From the NCBI GenBank assembly GCA_963755125.1, contig CAVWIP010000008.1:352001-416000 (forward strand): a stretch of DNA of 64,000 nt, given 5' to 3'. The notes beneath the pieces are model-generated. The model did not search any database, was not told where the DNA came from, and saw only the letters and a program-made list of their open reading frames with translations. Position 1 is the first letter of the stretch. Each line of letters begins with the position of its first letter. Positions 19,156 to 29,577 of this stretch are shown one piece after another. This DNA comes from an uncultured delta proteobacterium. Its GTDB lineage: Bacteria > Myxococcota_A > Polyangia > Fen-1088. Made by a program: the position numbers and the translations under genes.

Positions 19156-20994
19156 CTAATCCGCAACCAGGCAGTTGTTGCGGAACGGCTCGGCGTAGAA
19201 TTCCGTGGGGGCGTTAGCCGACTTGGCCACCAGCGTGCCGTACATTGCGCCATACACAAGCTGCACGTCGGCGGTCGGCGCCAAGATCGAACCTGGGAAA
19301 TACACGTACTTTATCACTAGGGACTTCGCCTGATAGAAGTTCCAAAGGATCAGGCCATAGTTATGACCACGAACACCAATCCCCGCACTCGTCATTGTTG
19401 GAGCGTCGCCGACAACATTGATAATCACCGTCGAGGTAGACGGGACGTTCAGATCGATGGAGTAAGTGGCACTGAGGTATGCCTGGTCGATCGAGAATAC
19501 GTTCAAACCTGGCTGTGAGGACGAGAGGCTGAGGTTACCATTCGTTTCCGGCTTTACCACTATTTGATTGGGCGCCTGGAAAAGAGTCTCCGACATGACC
19601 CCCAAAGCGCCACCCGCGTCTGCGAACCGGATAGGGGTTCCCTGTGTGGGAGTCGCTGTGGCAGATTTCTGGGTTACCGTCGTGGGAATACTCTGGCTCG
19701 CTGTCGGCCCCCCATAGTAAATGTTCCCGAAAACAGTCCCGTTGTTGAGATTCAAAGCCTCCCCTGCAACCAGTCCAACTGGTTCTTGAAGACTATTGAT
19801 CGAGAATCCGGCTAGAACGATATTGCCCTGCGCGGCAACCGCGTAATATGAGTCCGGTATATTGCTCACATCTCCTTGTAGAGCGAACACGCTAAAATCG
19901 GCTGGATATCGTTGGCTCGTTGTTCCGACTGTGTCAAAGGTCCATGCGCTGCCCGTCCCGGCGTCGCCGGCAAAGCAGCCATTTGGGTAGTTGATGCTAT
20001 TCCAGGCTTGAAGCCCCGCAACTACGCAAGAGCTGCTCCAATACCCGGCAGGATCACAACAACTGGGCAGCGAAGCGCACACAGTTGAAATCACCTCGTG
20101 CATACTGGTCGAGGGATTCGGCTGGAATGACTGACATCCTGACACGGGAACAATCAGCGGCGCCCCTAACGAGTCCCAGGTGTGAGGCTCCTGTGCGTAC
20201 ATCGCTGCGCAGATCTGTTGACGGAGGTCGACAACCGCGCCAAATAGGACGCCGACTTCGGAGGTAACCGCCCATATTTGGCCGTCTCCGGCTGTGCCAG
20301 GGGCGAAAACCGAGGGTCCGCCGGAATCACCCTCGATGATAGCGCGAGGCTCCAGATTGTAAAATCCGTTCGTAGCGGGCTCGATGTAGGTCCAGTCTAT
20401 ATACCTCATGTTGTTGTCGCCACCGCCATAGGTACGCACTGTCTCCCCAAGGGAAGGGAGGTTGGCTGCTAGTGACGCTGGCGTTGCCACGCTGGCCGGC
20501 ACGGGTTCGTTGAGGAGGAGCAGGGCCACGTCATTAGTGCCTGAGTAATCGGGTTGTAGCGTGGTATTTTCGTGGGTCCAGTCTGTGTCGACTTCCGTGT
20601 CACAGCAAGCCGAGCCATTCTTTGGCGTACAAAAGGTGGGTCCGAAGTTGAGGATCTTCGTAACGGGACGCCAGGTCGTCTTGTCGGAGCAACCGCTCGC
20701 CACACCACAACGAGGCATGAACTGGTAATAGCAGCTTCCCGTGGGCAGTGCGTCCACCTCAGTGGTGAAATTCACGCAATGACCCGCAGTAAGTACCCAC
20801 CGCGGCGCCACAAGCGTCGCGCCGCATCCGCCGTTGTTGGTAGCCAAGTTGCCAATTTCTGGGTGGACCGACGTTACCACGTCGGCATCAAAAGCAGCGC
20901 TCAAAGGCTGTCGCAACGTCTCGACTTCACGCGGATTACAACCTGCGGACGAGAGAACGACGACTGCAATGGGGAAAACCACAGCTATGCGCAT
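19156..20994 (-). CDS. Trypsin-family (S1) serine protease lipoprotein with C-terminal choice-of-anchor A domain
   Basis: SAGC lipobox; LTAGHC, NDVALL, GDSGGP; ILWNFYQA...GSILAPTA. Confidence 0.85.
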   Translation of the reverse strand: MRIAVVFPIAVVVLSSAGCNPREVETLRQPLSAAFDADVVTSVHPEIGNLATNNGGCGATLVAPRWVLTAGHCVNFTTEVDALPTGSCYYQFMPRCGVASGCSDKTTWRPVTKILNFGPTFCTPKNGSACCDTEVDTDWTHENTTLQPDYSGTNDVALLLLNEPVPASVATPASLAANLPSLGETVRTYGGGDNNMRYIDWTYIEPATNGFYNLEPRAIIEGDSGGPSVFAPGTAGDGQIWAVTSEVGVLFGAVVDLRQQICAAMYAQEPHTWDSLGAPLIVPVSGCQSFQPNPSTSMHEVISTVCASLPSCCDPAGYWSSSCVVAGLQAWNSINYPNGCFAGDAGTGSAWTFDTVGTTSQRYPADFSVFALQGDVSNIPDSYYAVAAQGNIVLAGFSINSLQEPVGLVAGEALNLNNGTVFGNIYYGGPTASQSIPTTVTQKSATATPTQGTPIRFADAGGALGVMSETLFQAPNQIVVKPETNGNLSLSSSQPGLNVFSIDQAYLSATYSIDLNVPSTSTVIINVVGDAPTMTSAGIGVRGHNYGLILWNFYQAKSLVIKYVYFPGSILAPTADVQLVYGAMYGTLVAKSANAPTEFYAEPFRNNCLVAD

Positions 20995-21082
20995 GACTGA
21001 CCCTCCTTGGCAAGTGGTCGACGAGCCCGACAAGATGCGCCATTAGCCCATGGCGTTTCGGGGATGTCAAGGAAGGTTGGTG

Positions 21083-22408
21083 CTGACCGTTGATCTTTGG
21101 CGAAAAGTGCGGCATTGGTGCGGGAACTCCGCGAAATGCCTGTGGATAACGTCATTTGGACGCCTCCAGGAGACGCAGAGGACGCATGGTGGGTGGTTCG
21201 AGAATCAGGGGCACGGAGAGGCGGTCGAAGCGCGCGGAGAATGTGCCGAGCGCCAAGGCTCTGATGCCGATGGTGACGAAGGACTGACGAGGCCCTTTGC
21301 GTTTGCAGCGCAGGCGCAAAGAGGGATCGATCAGCGCGGCGGTGATGCCCACCAGAGTCCAGATCAAGAGGGCTACGGCCAGAAGGCTAACGAAGCGGGC
21401 CAGGGCCACTGGGTCGCGGAACTGGGTCCAAAAGAGCTTGGCGCCGAAACGTCGGCCTTTCGTGTCTCGGAATTGCTCCTCGACGGTCATGCGGCGGTCA
21501 TAGAGCGCCAGCACCTGCTTGGCGGAACCGGGTTCGCTGGTGGCGACCCACCACGGTTCATGAGCACCAGGAGCCCAGTATCCGATGATGCGAACCGAGA
21601 CAACACCGTCGGCACGCAGCGGAACCACGCCGAGATCGAGCACCTGCCCTGGTTGCAGGAGAATGGCCTCCAATGGTCGACGTACACCAGGCTCAAGCTC
21701 GACGTAGACATCGGCCATCAAACGGACGACGAAGCCCAAGCGCAGCGTCTGCAACAACGCCAGCCAACTCGCGCGACGAAATCCGCGGTCGCACAGAATC
21801 GTCGCGGTGACACCCGCCCGACGGGTGACGTCGGCCAGGAAGCGCAGGAAGGTATTCTCCCGGGTATTCTGCGAGCGATCTCGGATCAACTTGCGCCAAC
21901 CTTGAACGAAGACGGGGATGGCCCGCTTGCCGGTGACCATGGCAGCGACCAGGAGGCGCAAGTCATGGTGCCATTCGGTCCAGTCCACAGCGAGCAGGAC
22001 ATGCCGATCCGGGCGACGGGCGAGCAAATCCAGCGACCGCGTGGCGAATTCAAGATAGTCGACGTGCTCATTGCGCAGCAGCCGGTAGAAGCGGTTGACC
22101 GCACTGTCCAGCCTGGTCCGCAGCCAGCCGGCTAGCGTCGTGGCGATGGCGAACGAGCGAGCCTGACCAGTGGCGGCGATGGCGGCGATGATCAGACCCA
22201 GCGTTCTGCGGCGCGCCTTATGAAAAGGGTCGAGCAAGTCGCTGAGAAATGGGTAGGTTCGTTCTGGGCTCACGGGGAAACCTCCTGCGTTTAGTTGGCA
22301 AACCAAACTTCGGAGGACCCGTGGGCCCTTTTCCACTTATTTTTCACGCTATTTCGTAAGTGATCGAAATGATCCAGCTTTTTCGGGCTCGATCTGATAG
22401 GCGGTCAG
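21083..22408 (-). mobile_element. IS4-family element
   Basis: CTGACCG...CGGTCAG ends; 9-bp TSD AGGTTGGTG (21074-82, 22409-17). Confidence 0.9.
21152..22336 (-). CDS. IS4-family DDE transposase (start uncertain)
   Basis: AVDWT, CDRGF, Y..RM.VEEQFRDTK (YREK signature). Confidence 0.9.
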   Translation of the reverse strand: MEKGPRVLRSLVCQLNAGGFPVSPERTYPFLSDLLDPFHKARRRTLGLIIAAIAATGQARSFAIATTLAGWLRTRLDSAVNRFYRLLRNEHVDYLEFATRSLDLLARRPDRHVLLAVDWTEWHHDLRLLVAAMVTGKRAIPVFVQGWRKLIRDRSQNTRENTFLRFLADVTRRAGVTATILCDRGFRRASWLALLQTLRLGFVVRLMADVYVELEPGVRRPLEAILLQPGQVLDLGVVPLRADGVVSVRIIGYWAPGAHEPWWVATSEPGSAKQVLALYDRRMTVEEQFRDTKGRRFGAKLFWTQFRDPVALARFVSLLAVALLIWTLVGITAALIDPSLRLRCKRKGPRQSFVTIGIRALALGTFSARFDRLSVPLILEPPTMRPLRLLEASK

Positions 22409-22574
22409 AGGTTGGTGGGCGGTGGTCCAGATGAGCAGAGGACTTGGAGATTCCGTATTGCCTGCCGGTGCCGGCGGTGCCGGTGCGCGCGTTGACCGGC
22501 AGGGTTTGTCATCGTAGCATGGCGGGAGAATCGTTTTGGGTCTGCGGCCCCCGGTTTGCAGACATGAGGTGTAG

Positions 22575-24506
22575 ATGAGTTCACGCTCAGCCCTTCTGGC
22601 TATGGTCCTCGTCGCAGCTTGTGGCCGGTCTGAACTGATCGAGGGTGGGTCAGTTGCCGACGATAGCCGCGCAGGCAGCGGTGTTGTGCGCGACGGAGGC
22701 ACGGACGCGGCTCGGGAGGCAGGCTTCGCCGATACCGCGCAGAGTTATCCAGTGGATGTTCCCGTTAGTGGATCGGGTGGAGGCGGCGGCGGGGGCATGG
22801 GTGGTGCGACTGGTCTTGGCGGCTCCATCGGCGTCGGGGGAGCCCTTCCCACTAGCGGCAGAGGTGCCAATGGGGGTGCCACTGGCGGGGGGAGTAATGC
22901 CAACTTCGGTGGCATGTCTGGCGGTGCCGGCGGATCTCTCAACGCTAGCACGATAGGTCAGGCCGCTACTGCGAATGATGGTGGAGCCAGCGGTGGCGGC
23001 ACAAGCATTGCGGGGTTCGTAATCACCAGCTTCACCGCTTCTCCACCCATAGTCACGTTGGGTCACAGCACGACCCTGCGTTGGACCGTGGTCGGAGGTC
23101 CCGCATACGCGGTGCTGTCCCTCGATGATCAAACAGTTGCCTATGTGCAATCGGGGACTTTGGCGGTCGTGACGCCTAGCCAAACGGCAACTTACACATT
23201 GACAGTCTCGAACTCCAGCGGCCAGTCAGTGACGGCGCAGGTGCTGGTTACAGTTGTACCATTGCCGACCATTGTCAGCTTTGCAGCCAGCCCACCTGCC
23301 ATCAACGCTGGCGCGAGCGCTAATCTAACCGCGGTTTTCACGGATGGTACCGGAGCTATCAACAACGGAATCGGAAGCATCAGTAGCGGCGTCGAGGCGA
23401 ACACTGGCGCGCTTGACGCCAGCACCACGTACACCCTGTCTGTAATTGATCCTGCGGGTGATTCCGTTGCGGCGCAGGTGATCGTGACCGTGGCACAGCC
23501 GCCAGGCTTGTTCACTGCCACGGGCTCGATGAAAGTGGAGAGGGAAGACCAGACTGCGACATTGTTGCCGAACGGAAAAGTCTTGGTCGCTGGCGAATAT
23601 TCCGGGTTCGGTGCGGAACTGTACGATCCAGCCAACGCCACCTTCATGTCCACAATGACGTCGGGCAGGCGATGCCAGACGGCAACCTTGTTGTCCAATG
23701 GGAAGGTGCTCATGACCGGCGGCCAGGATGACGATGGCGGCTTTCTTGCGAGTGCAGAGCTGTACGACCCTGCGAGCAGCACCTTTGCGGTCACGGGTTC
23801 CATGATCACGGCCAGAATGGAACACACGGCGACATTGCTGTCGAATGGGAACGTACTTGTCGCCGGGGGGGCTGTCGCTGATTCGACGCCCCTCGCTAGC
23901 GCAGAACTCTACGACCCAACGAGAGGCACCTTCACGGCCACGGGTTCCATGACTGCGGCGAGGGTATCACACACAGCGACCCTGTTGCCGAGTGGGAAGG
24001 TACTCATCGTCGGCGGGGGCGCTAACTACCCCAATGCTCTTTCCAGCGCTGAACTGTACGACCCGGCGAGTGGGACCTTCACGGCGACGGGGACCATGGC
24101 AACAGCGAGACAGAATCATACGGCGACCCTGCTGCCGAGCGGGAAAGTACTTATCGCCGGAGGGATGACTTACAGCGTCATTGGTTCCTTTTCAAGCGCC
24201 GAACTGTATGACCCAGCGAGCGGGACCTTCACGCTGGCCGGGAGCATGATCGCAGGGAGGGATAGCCACACAGCAACGCTCTTGCCGAGTGGAAGGGTGC
24301 TGCTTGCTGGCGGGGCCGACTACACCGACGTTCTTTCGAGCGCTGAGTTGTACGACGAGGACACCGGGGCCTTCACCACCACAGGCACCATGATCAGATC
24401 GAGGACCGGTCATACCGCGACATTGTTGCCTAACGGGAAGGTGCTCGTTGCGGGTGGGGGCAGCAGCGCCGCTGGCGTTCTATCCAGTGCAGAGATCTAC
24501 TACTGA
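22575..24506 (+). CDS. Kelch-repeat lipoprotein with Gly-rich linker and Ig-like modules
   Basis: VAAC lipobox; HTATLLP.GKVL..GG...SAELYDP repeats. Confidence 0.9.
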   Translation: MSSRSALLAMVLVAACGRSELIEGGSVADDSRAGSGVVRDGGTDAAREAGFADTAQSYPVDVPVSGSGGGGGGGMGGATGLGGSIGVGGALPTSGRGANGGATGGGSNANFGGMSGGAGGSLNASTIGQAATANDGGASGGGTSIAGFVITSFTASPPIVTLGHSTTLRWTVVGGPAYAVLSLDDQTVAYVQSGTLAVVTPSQTATYTLTVSNSSGQSVTAQVLVTVVPLPTIVSFAASPPAINAGASANLTAVFTDGTGAINNGIGSISSGVEANTGALDASTTYTLSVIDPAGDSVAAQVIVTVAQPPGLFTATGSMKVEREDQTATLLPNGKVLVAGEYSGFGAELYDPANATFMSTMTSGRRCQTATLLSNGKVLMTGGQDDDGGFLASAELYDPASSTFAVTGSMITARMEHTATLLSNGNVLVAGGAVADSTPLASAELYDPTRGTFTATGSMTAARVSHTATLLPSGKVLIVGGGANYPNALSSAELYDPASGTFTATGTMATARQNHTATLLPSGKVLIAGGMTYSVIGSFSSAELYDPASGTFTLAGSMIAGRDSHTATLLPSGRVLLAGGADYTDVLSSAELYDEDTGAFTTTGTMIRSRTGHTATLLPNGKVLVAGGGSSAAGVLSSAEIYY

Positions 24507-24661
24507 GCTGAGCCGCCCTTCTTCATTTTGGGGTAGTCCGAAGTTGGTGCCGTCGCTCTGGAGTGGCAGGGTTTGCGTCAGTTCGTGCGCATAGAATGGC
24601 GAACCTCGGGGGATGCCGTCCCGAGTTTGGTGAGGCAGCATGGCCCACGAACCTTCGCCCA

Positions 24662-25511
24662 TAGCCGGGTCCTCGTCAAACTCCTCGTCGGCCTTCGACA
24701 GCGCCACTGCCACCTCTCGCGCGCGGCGGGCAACCTCGCCACCAATTTCATCTGCAAGTGCGAGGAGAACGCGCCAGTTGTCGCGCGCTCTGTAACTCGC
24801 GATTTCGTCGGGAATCTCGGGATCGGCCGCCCGAAGTTGATCGGCATGATCTTGCACCCAGCGGGCAGCTTTGCGACGCAAGTGCTCAAGCTCATGGAGC
24901 CGGTCCAGACGAAAGCCCTCGACCTGCTCGTGTCGCGCGCGCCGTTGCATCGGAATGATGATGGCGCGGTCCTCGACCGTCTTGGGCACCTTGCCGATGA
25001 GGGCGATTACCACGGCCGCCCATGTCGAGAACGTGCCAGTCGCGCGGGTCACCAAAGCGTAAGCGCGGAGGTGGCAAGAGTTGAGCAAGCCGCGCAGGGC
25101 CTCGTTGCCGATCAAGAAACTGTCACCCTCGTCGATCAGCAGCGTGGGGTGGAAGTCATTGATTGCATGGAATAATGATGCCGCGGTCGCGTTGGTGGTG
25201 CGGAACGGCTTGGGCACCAACACGGACAACACATCCAGGGCAGTGGTCTTGCCGCTTTGCGGAACGGCGCTGGAAATGACCAGCATCGGGAAAAGCTGGA
25301 ACAGGTCGTGCGCGTGCGCCGCCAACGCCCAGAGCGAAAAAGCCAAGTAGGCGGGCTCGCTGGGCAAGATCAAGAACCTCCGCACGAATGACTCCATGTC
25401 CTTGATGAGCTCCCGGCCGTCCACCGGGTCAGGCCACGGTGCGACCTCGGCAACCCGTTCACGCGCGTCTATTCCATCATCGACTCCACCACGCCGAACC
25501 GGGTGGGCCAA
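24662..25511 (-). pseudogene. N-terminal part of a DUF3631-type P-loop replication protein
   Basis: PWPDPVDG..L, SAVPQSGKTT, PTLLIDEGD, RARDNW..LLA.AD. Confidence 0.8.
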
Positions 25512-25739
25512 GATGGGGAGAACATAGAGCCGGAAGATCGGGGCCTCGTGCGGCTCTGCGCCACCACCGACGCCTGGGGGCCGTCACGCACAGGCTATTC
25601 CAGCCACATTTCTCGGGGAGGGGTCACGCGCAAGGCAGCAACATGCTTGCCGCAGCTCATTGGCCGGCCACCCCCTTGCGAGCAATACGTACCAATTTCC
25701 GACATTTCCTAGGTACTCACACACGACAAGGAGATCACG

Positions 25740-25988
25740 ATGGAAGAAGACATGGCACCACCAACACGAGAAGAACTGAAGGAACGGATACGTCAGAGCC
25801 TCAACAGAATCGGACCGCCGCAGCTGATCAGAGAGATTCGGCACTACCTCAACAAAGAAGGTGTGGATTTCGTCGCAACAGGGGAAGGGTTCCGGGCAAC
25901 TGTGGATGACGCCGATCTGGTGGCTACGCAAGAGTTGCGGCAGATTCTCACCGAGATCCTGCGAGAGAGCTTCCCGCCGGATGCCTAA
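25740..25988 (+). CDS. Hypothetical protein
   Basis: AGGAG RBS; coupled to the next ORF. Confidence 0.55.
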   Translation: MEEDMAPPTREELKERIRQSLNRIGPPQLIREIRHYLNKEGVDFVATGEGFRATVDDADLVATQELRQILTEILRESFPPDA

Positions 25989-26356
25989 TGGAGGGATTGG
26001 TTCAGATTGGATTGGACGCCGGCGCCGAGGAATTCTTCGCCGAACCCGTGAACCCGCGAGGCAGAGCCTTGATACACACCATCCAGGCATTGCGCGAGGC
26101 CGGCTACAACACCGAGGCAGCCGCCGTTGACCAAATACGGCACGAGATCGAGTGGTCCGGCTACGTTGTGTGCTTGGTGGGCAACGTGCAGGCCGTCTTG
26201 CGAGCGCAGGGCGTGCTCGGGAAGCTCAGGTTACTGCTCCACACCGCCAGCCTCACCGAAGCGGATGCCGCCTGGATACGGCGGCGCGAGGCCGGCGTGG
26301 TGTTGCTTGGCAAGGAGAAGAGGCGATGCCGAAGTAGCTCGGCGGCCTTGCGGTAG
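25988..26356 (+). CDS. Hypothetical protein
   Basis: TAATG overlap with the previous ORF. Confidence 0.5.
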   Translation: MEGLVQIGLDAGAEEFFAEPVNPRGRALIHTIQALREAGYNTEAAAVDQIRHEIEWSGYVVCLVGNVQAVLRAQGVLGKLRLLLHTASLTEADAAWIRRREAGVVLLGKEKRRCRSSSAALR

Positions 26357-26699
26357 CGGAAACCAATCACACGATGACCCCGTTTCATCACGATGTCCCA
26401 GTGCAACTGTTCTCTGTCGACTGCACCGAACGATGGTGCCGTCCATTCGCCCACACCGGAATCGCCGGCGGCGAAGCAGGATGGTTCCACCGGCGGTGCA
26501 GTAGTGGCGCAGCTGGGGCAGATTTCCGGGAAGCTGGACGTGATCATCGACCTCCTACGGCGTGCTACGCTTGGGCCTGGCACATCCGGCAGCGCAGATC
26601 CGAAAGGAGATGACGCATGCCAAAACGAGGACGAAAGGAGGCTGTCTTTGGACCGTACAGGGTTTCCCGTCGACGCTGGCGAATCTTCTACGTTGGCCG

Positions 26700-27077
26700 A
26701 GACGGGCAGGGGAGCAACCGCTGTTTGGGGTCAGCCGCTTCAGCGTTCGGTGGTGGGTTCGCAAAATCTGCCGTCTGGCCGGTGTACCTGTGGTCAGTGC
26801 CCACGGCTTACGTGGCACGCACAGCACGCTGGCCACCACGGCGGGGGCGACGGCGCACTTCGTGATCAGTGCCATGGGCCACACGTCCTTCGACGTGACC
26901 CGGAAGCACTACCTGGCGCCTGGAGTGGAGGAGAACGCGCGGGCGAGGCGCACGTTCGATGTGTTGCAAGGCGGAAAATCTGTAAACGATACGGTCCAAT
27001 CGTTTACAGATGCAGAATCTGGCTCACAGACCGCATCCTTAACCGATCATGAAAAGACCCTGAACCCGCTGGAATGA
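26700..27077 (+). pseudogene. C-terminal fragment of a second tyrosine integrase, paralogous to 16279-17160
   Basis: AGVPVVSAHGLRGTHSTLA...MGHTSFDVTRKHY...VLQGG. Confidence 0.85.
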
Positions 27078-27092
27078 TTCAGGGTTTGTCCA

Positions 27093-27144
27093 GTGCGAGG
27101 AGGGGGACTTGAACCCCCATGGCTGTTAACCGCTAGCACCTCAA
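27093..27144 (-). other. att core: 3' part of tRNA-Leu(GAG), copy 2
   Basis: Reverse complement of 16175-16226; followed on its own strand by an ACCCTGAA/TTCAGGGT hairpin plus T-run. Confidence 0.88.
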
Positions 27145-27371
27145 TCCAGCGAGACGCTCCTGATTTCAATGATTTAGCGGAGTTGGAACGTCAGGAAACG
27201 TCAGGAAGCGTCCCGGAACGTCACATTCTGGCTACGCACAGCCAGAATTCCGAGCCCGCCGATCCGGTGGCCGAGGGGCTTACGGACGCCTGGCGTGCTT
27301 GGGCCGAGCAGCATGAACCGCGCGAGCTGCGCAAGGTACTGCTCGCCATCATGGGGTTGCTCGATGAGTAG
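27093..27371. repeat. Island end arm plus att core, copy 2
   Basis: Inverted copy of 15948-16226. Confidence 0.92.
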
Positions 27372-27529
27372 AGGCGTGTGTGACTCCAGAGGCCGGACCT
27401 CCTACCCCCCCTCGAACATCGCTCTGTACCCGAAGCCCGCAACCTCGTATAGTCACGGCTGGTTTTCTCGGGTATGGGGTTAGTTGACGCAACACTTGGA
27501 TATTTGGACAATTGAAGGTGCGACGAGGC

Positions 27530-28627
27530 ATGAAGAACGGCGGGCTCGTTCATCCTACTCTCATGCTAGGTGAGGTTGGCGGTCTGGCGGTCGTATTCCT
27601 CGTGGCCTGCACCCAAGGAACCGTCGGGCCAGGTTTGTTTTCGGCGACGGGTGCGATGACCGTGGCGAGGGAGGCGCACAGGGCTGCCTTGTTGCCGAGT
27701 GGCAAGGTGCTGATCGTTGGCGGGATCAACGACTACGGAGTCTTGTCCAGCGCCGAGCTTTATGACCGAGCGAGCGGGACCTTCGTTGCCACGGGCACCA
27801 TGTCCGCAGCGAGGTTCTGGCACACAGCTACGGTGCTGCCCAGTGGGAAGGTCCTGGTCGCTGGTGGGGAAAACGAGAGTTCCTTTCCTTTGATCTCGGA
27901 ACTATACGACCCAAGCAGCGAGGACTTCACGGTCACGGGTACTATGACCGAGGCGAGGTGTCGTCACAGTGCTACGTTGCTGCCGAATGGCCAGGTGCTT
28001 ATTGCGGGTGGGCGATGTGGAGTGGCGTCTTCTACGAGCGCCGAGTTGTTTGCCCCGGCGAGCGGGGGCTTCGTAGCGACGGGCACCATGACGGCGGCGA
28101 GGGCGGGGCACACAGCGACCTTGCTGCCGAACGGAAAGGTGCTCATCGCCGGCGGGACTGACGGCGTTGTCGGCCCTTCTGCGAGTGCAGAGCTGTACGT
28201 CCCACCAAGCGGAACCTTTGCGCCCACAGGTGCAATGACCACGGCTAGGGTGGACCACACAGCGACCTTGTTGCCGAACGGGAAGGTGCTCATCGCCGGC
28301 GGGGGCGATTCGAGCGCGGAACTCTACGATCCAGCATCTGAGACCTTCACAACCACGGGTGCCATGATCGCAGCGCGTACGAGGCCCACAGCGACGTTAC
28401 TGCCGAACGGGAAGGTGCTCATCGCCGGTGGGGGGAATTCGAGCGCAGAACTCTACGATGCGGCAAGTGAGACTTTCACAGCTACGGGTGCCATGACCAC
28501 GACGAGAGAGGATCATACGGCGACGTTATTGTCGAATCGCGTGGTGCTTTTGTGCGGCGGTAGCGGCTCCTACGATGTTGATAGCGGTTCCTCCCCTACC
28601 CTCTCCACCGCAGAGTTGTACTTCTAG
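27530..28627 (+). CDS. Kelch-repeat lipoprotein
   Basis: LVAC lipobox; Kelch repeats as above. Confidence 0.88.
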   Translation: MKNGGLVHPTLMLGEVGGLAVVFLVACTQGTVGPGLFSATGAMTVAREAHRAALLPSGKVLIVGGINDYGVLSSAELYDRASGTFVATGTMSAARFWHTATVLPSGKVLVAGGENESSFPLISELYDPSSEDFTVTGTMTEARCRHSATLLPNGQVLIAGGRCGVASSTSAELFAPASGGFVATGTMTAARAGHTATLLPNGKVLIAGGTDGVVGPSASAELYVPPSGTFAPTGAMTTARVDHTATLLPNGKVLIAGGGDSSAELYDPASETFTTTGAMIAARTRPTATLLPNGKVLIAGGGNSSAELYDAASETFTATGAMTTTREDHTATLLSNRVVLLCGGSGSYDVDSGSSPTLSTAELYF

Positions 28628-28884
28628 CTCCCGGGGCGGCCGAAGCCGCATGCTGGACCGGGTCGTCAGGTGGCGACACGTGGTAGTGGATGTTGACTGT
28701 GGCCGTCGACGTGAGGCGAGGCGGTGCGGCAAGAGCCGTCAAGTTGGCTCGTCTTGCGTGGCCACAACCCTCAGTGGCCGGCGCTCGCGCAGCGCAAGAC
28801 TTCGCGCTCGCCTCCGTCCAGGTTCCGCGAGCCGCTGGCAAAGCAATCGGCCGGCTCACCAAGCAACAGTGTCCTATTCGGAGT

Positions 28885-29402
28885 CGGCTACGCTGCTTCT
28901 GCGTGACCTGGAAAGGCTCTTCCGCCATCGGCGCGCGGACCGCATCGAGAGCCAGGAAATCGTGAACAGCCTAGTCGCCGTGGAAGACGGTCGGTGGGTA
29001 GACTACAAACGCGGGCGCCCGCTCACGACGCAAGGCTTGGCCAAGATGCTCAGGCTGTTCCGTGTTAAGCCAGACAAGTGGGTGGTGACAGAGGCCAAAG
29101 AACGTATCTGGAAGCGGGGTTACCTCCTATCAGATCTCAGGGACACGTTCGCCCGCTACGTGCCGGCCCCGGCGGCTGGCTCGCCGCCCGAGCCGACTGA
29201 GACCACAGAACCGCCACAAGTGCCACAAGTGCCACAGCCGCAGGTGCCACCGCCACAAGCGGCACCGGTGCCAGAACCCACAGAGCCGCCACAGCTGCCA
29301 CAGCTGCCACAGCCCCAAGCACCGCCGCCAGAACAGCCACGACCGGAACCTCGGAAAAAGAAGACCAATCGGCGCCGCCCGCGGCCGGAACCGAAGTCGT
29401 AA
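28885..29402 (+). pseudogene. C-terminal part of the DUF3631-type protein
   Basis: LLLRDL..LF...DRI.S.EIV..L...W...LT..GLAKMLR.F.V.P...KRGY...L.D.FARY. Confidence 0.8.
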
Positions 29403-29446
29403 GCCAACGTGTGGCAGGTGTGGCGGGTGTGGCGGCTGTGGCGGCT
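29200..29446. repeat. GCCACA iterons with an opposed TGTGGC set; probable replication origin
   Basis: 9-bp-period GCCACA(A/G) repeats at 29213-29311; TGTGGC x4 at 29410-29443. Confidence 0.7.
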
Positions 29447-29577
29447 TCCCGTGCGCGGGGGCAGACTGGCATATGGACGCATCCAACAAGCCCGCACTGC
29501 CCGCCAGACCTCCGCGGTTACGTGGGCAATGCGATGGCAAACGCCACTGCGCCGTCAACACAGAATGGCCACGGACC

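Noticed and set aside
22575..28627. Kelch paralogs as template and variable repeats of a diversity-generating retroelement
   Set aside because: No reverse transcriptase in the window, and differences are not adenine-specific by eye.
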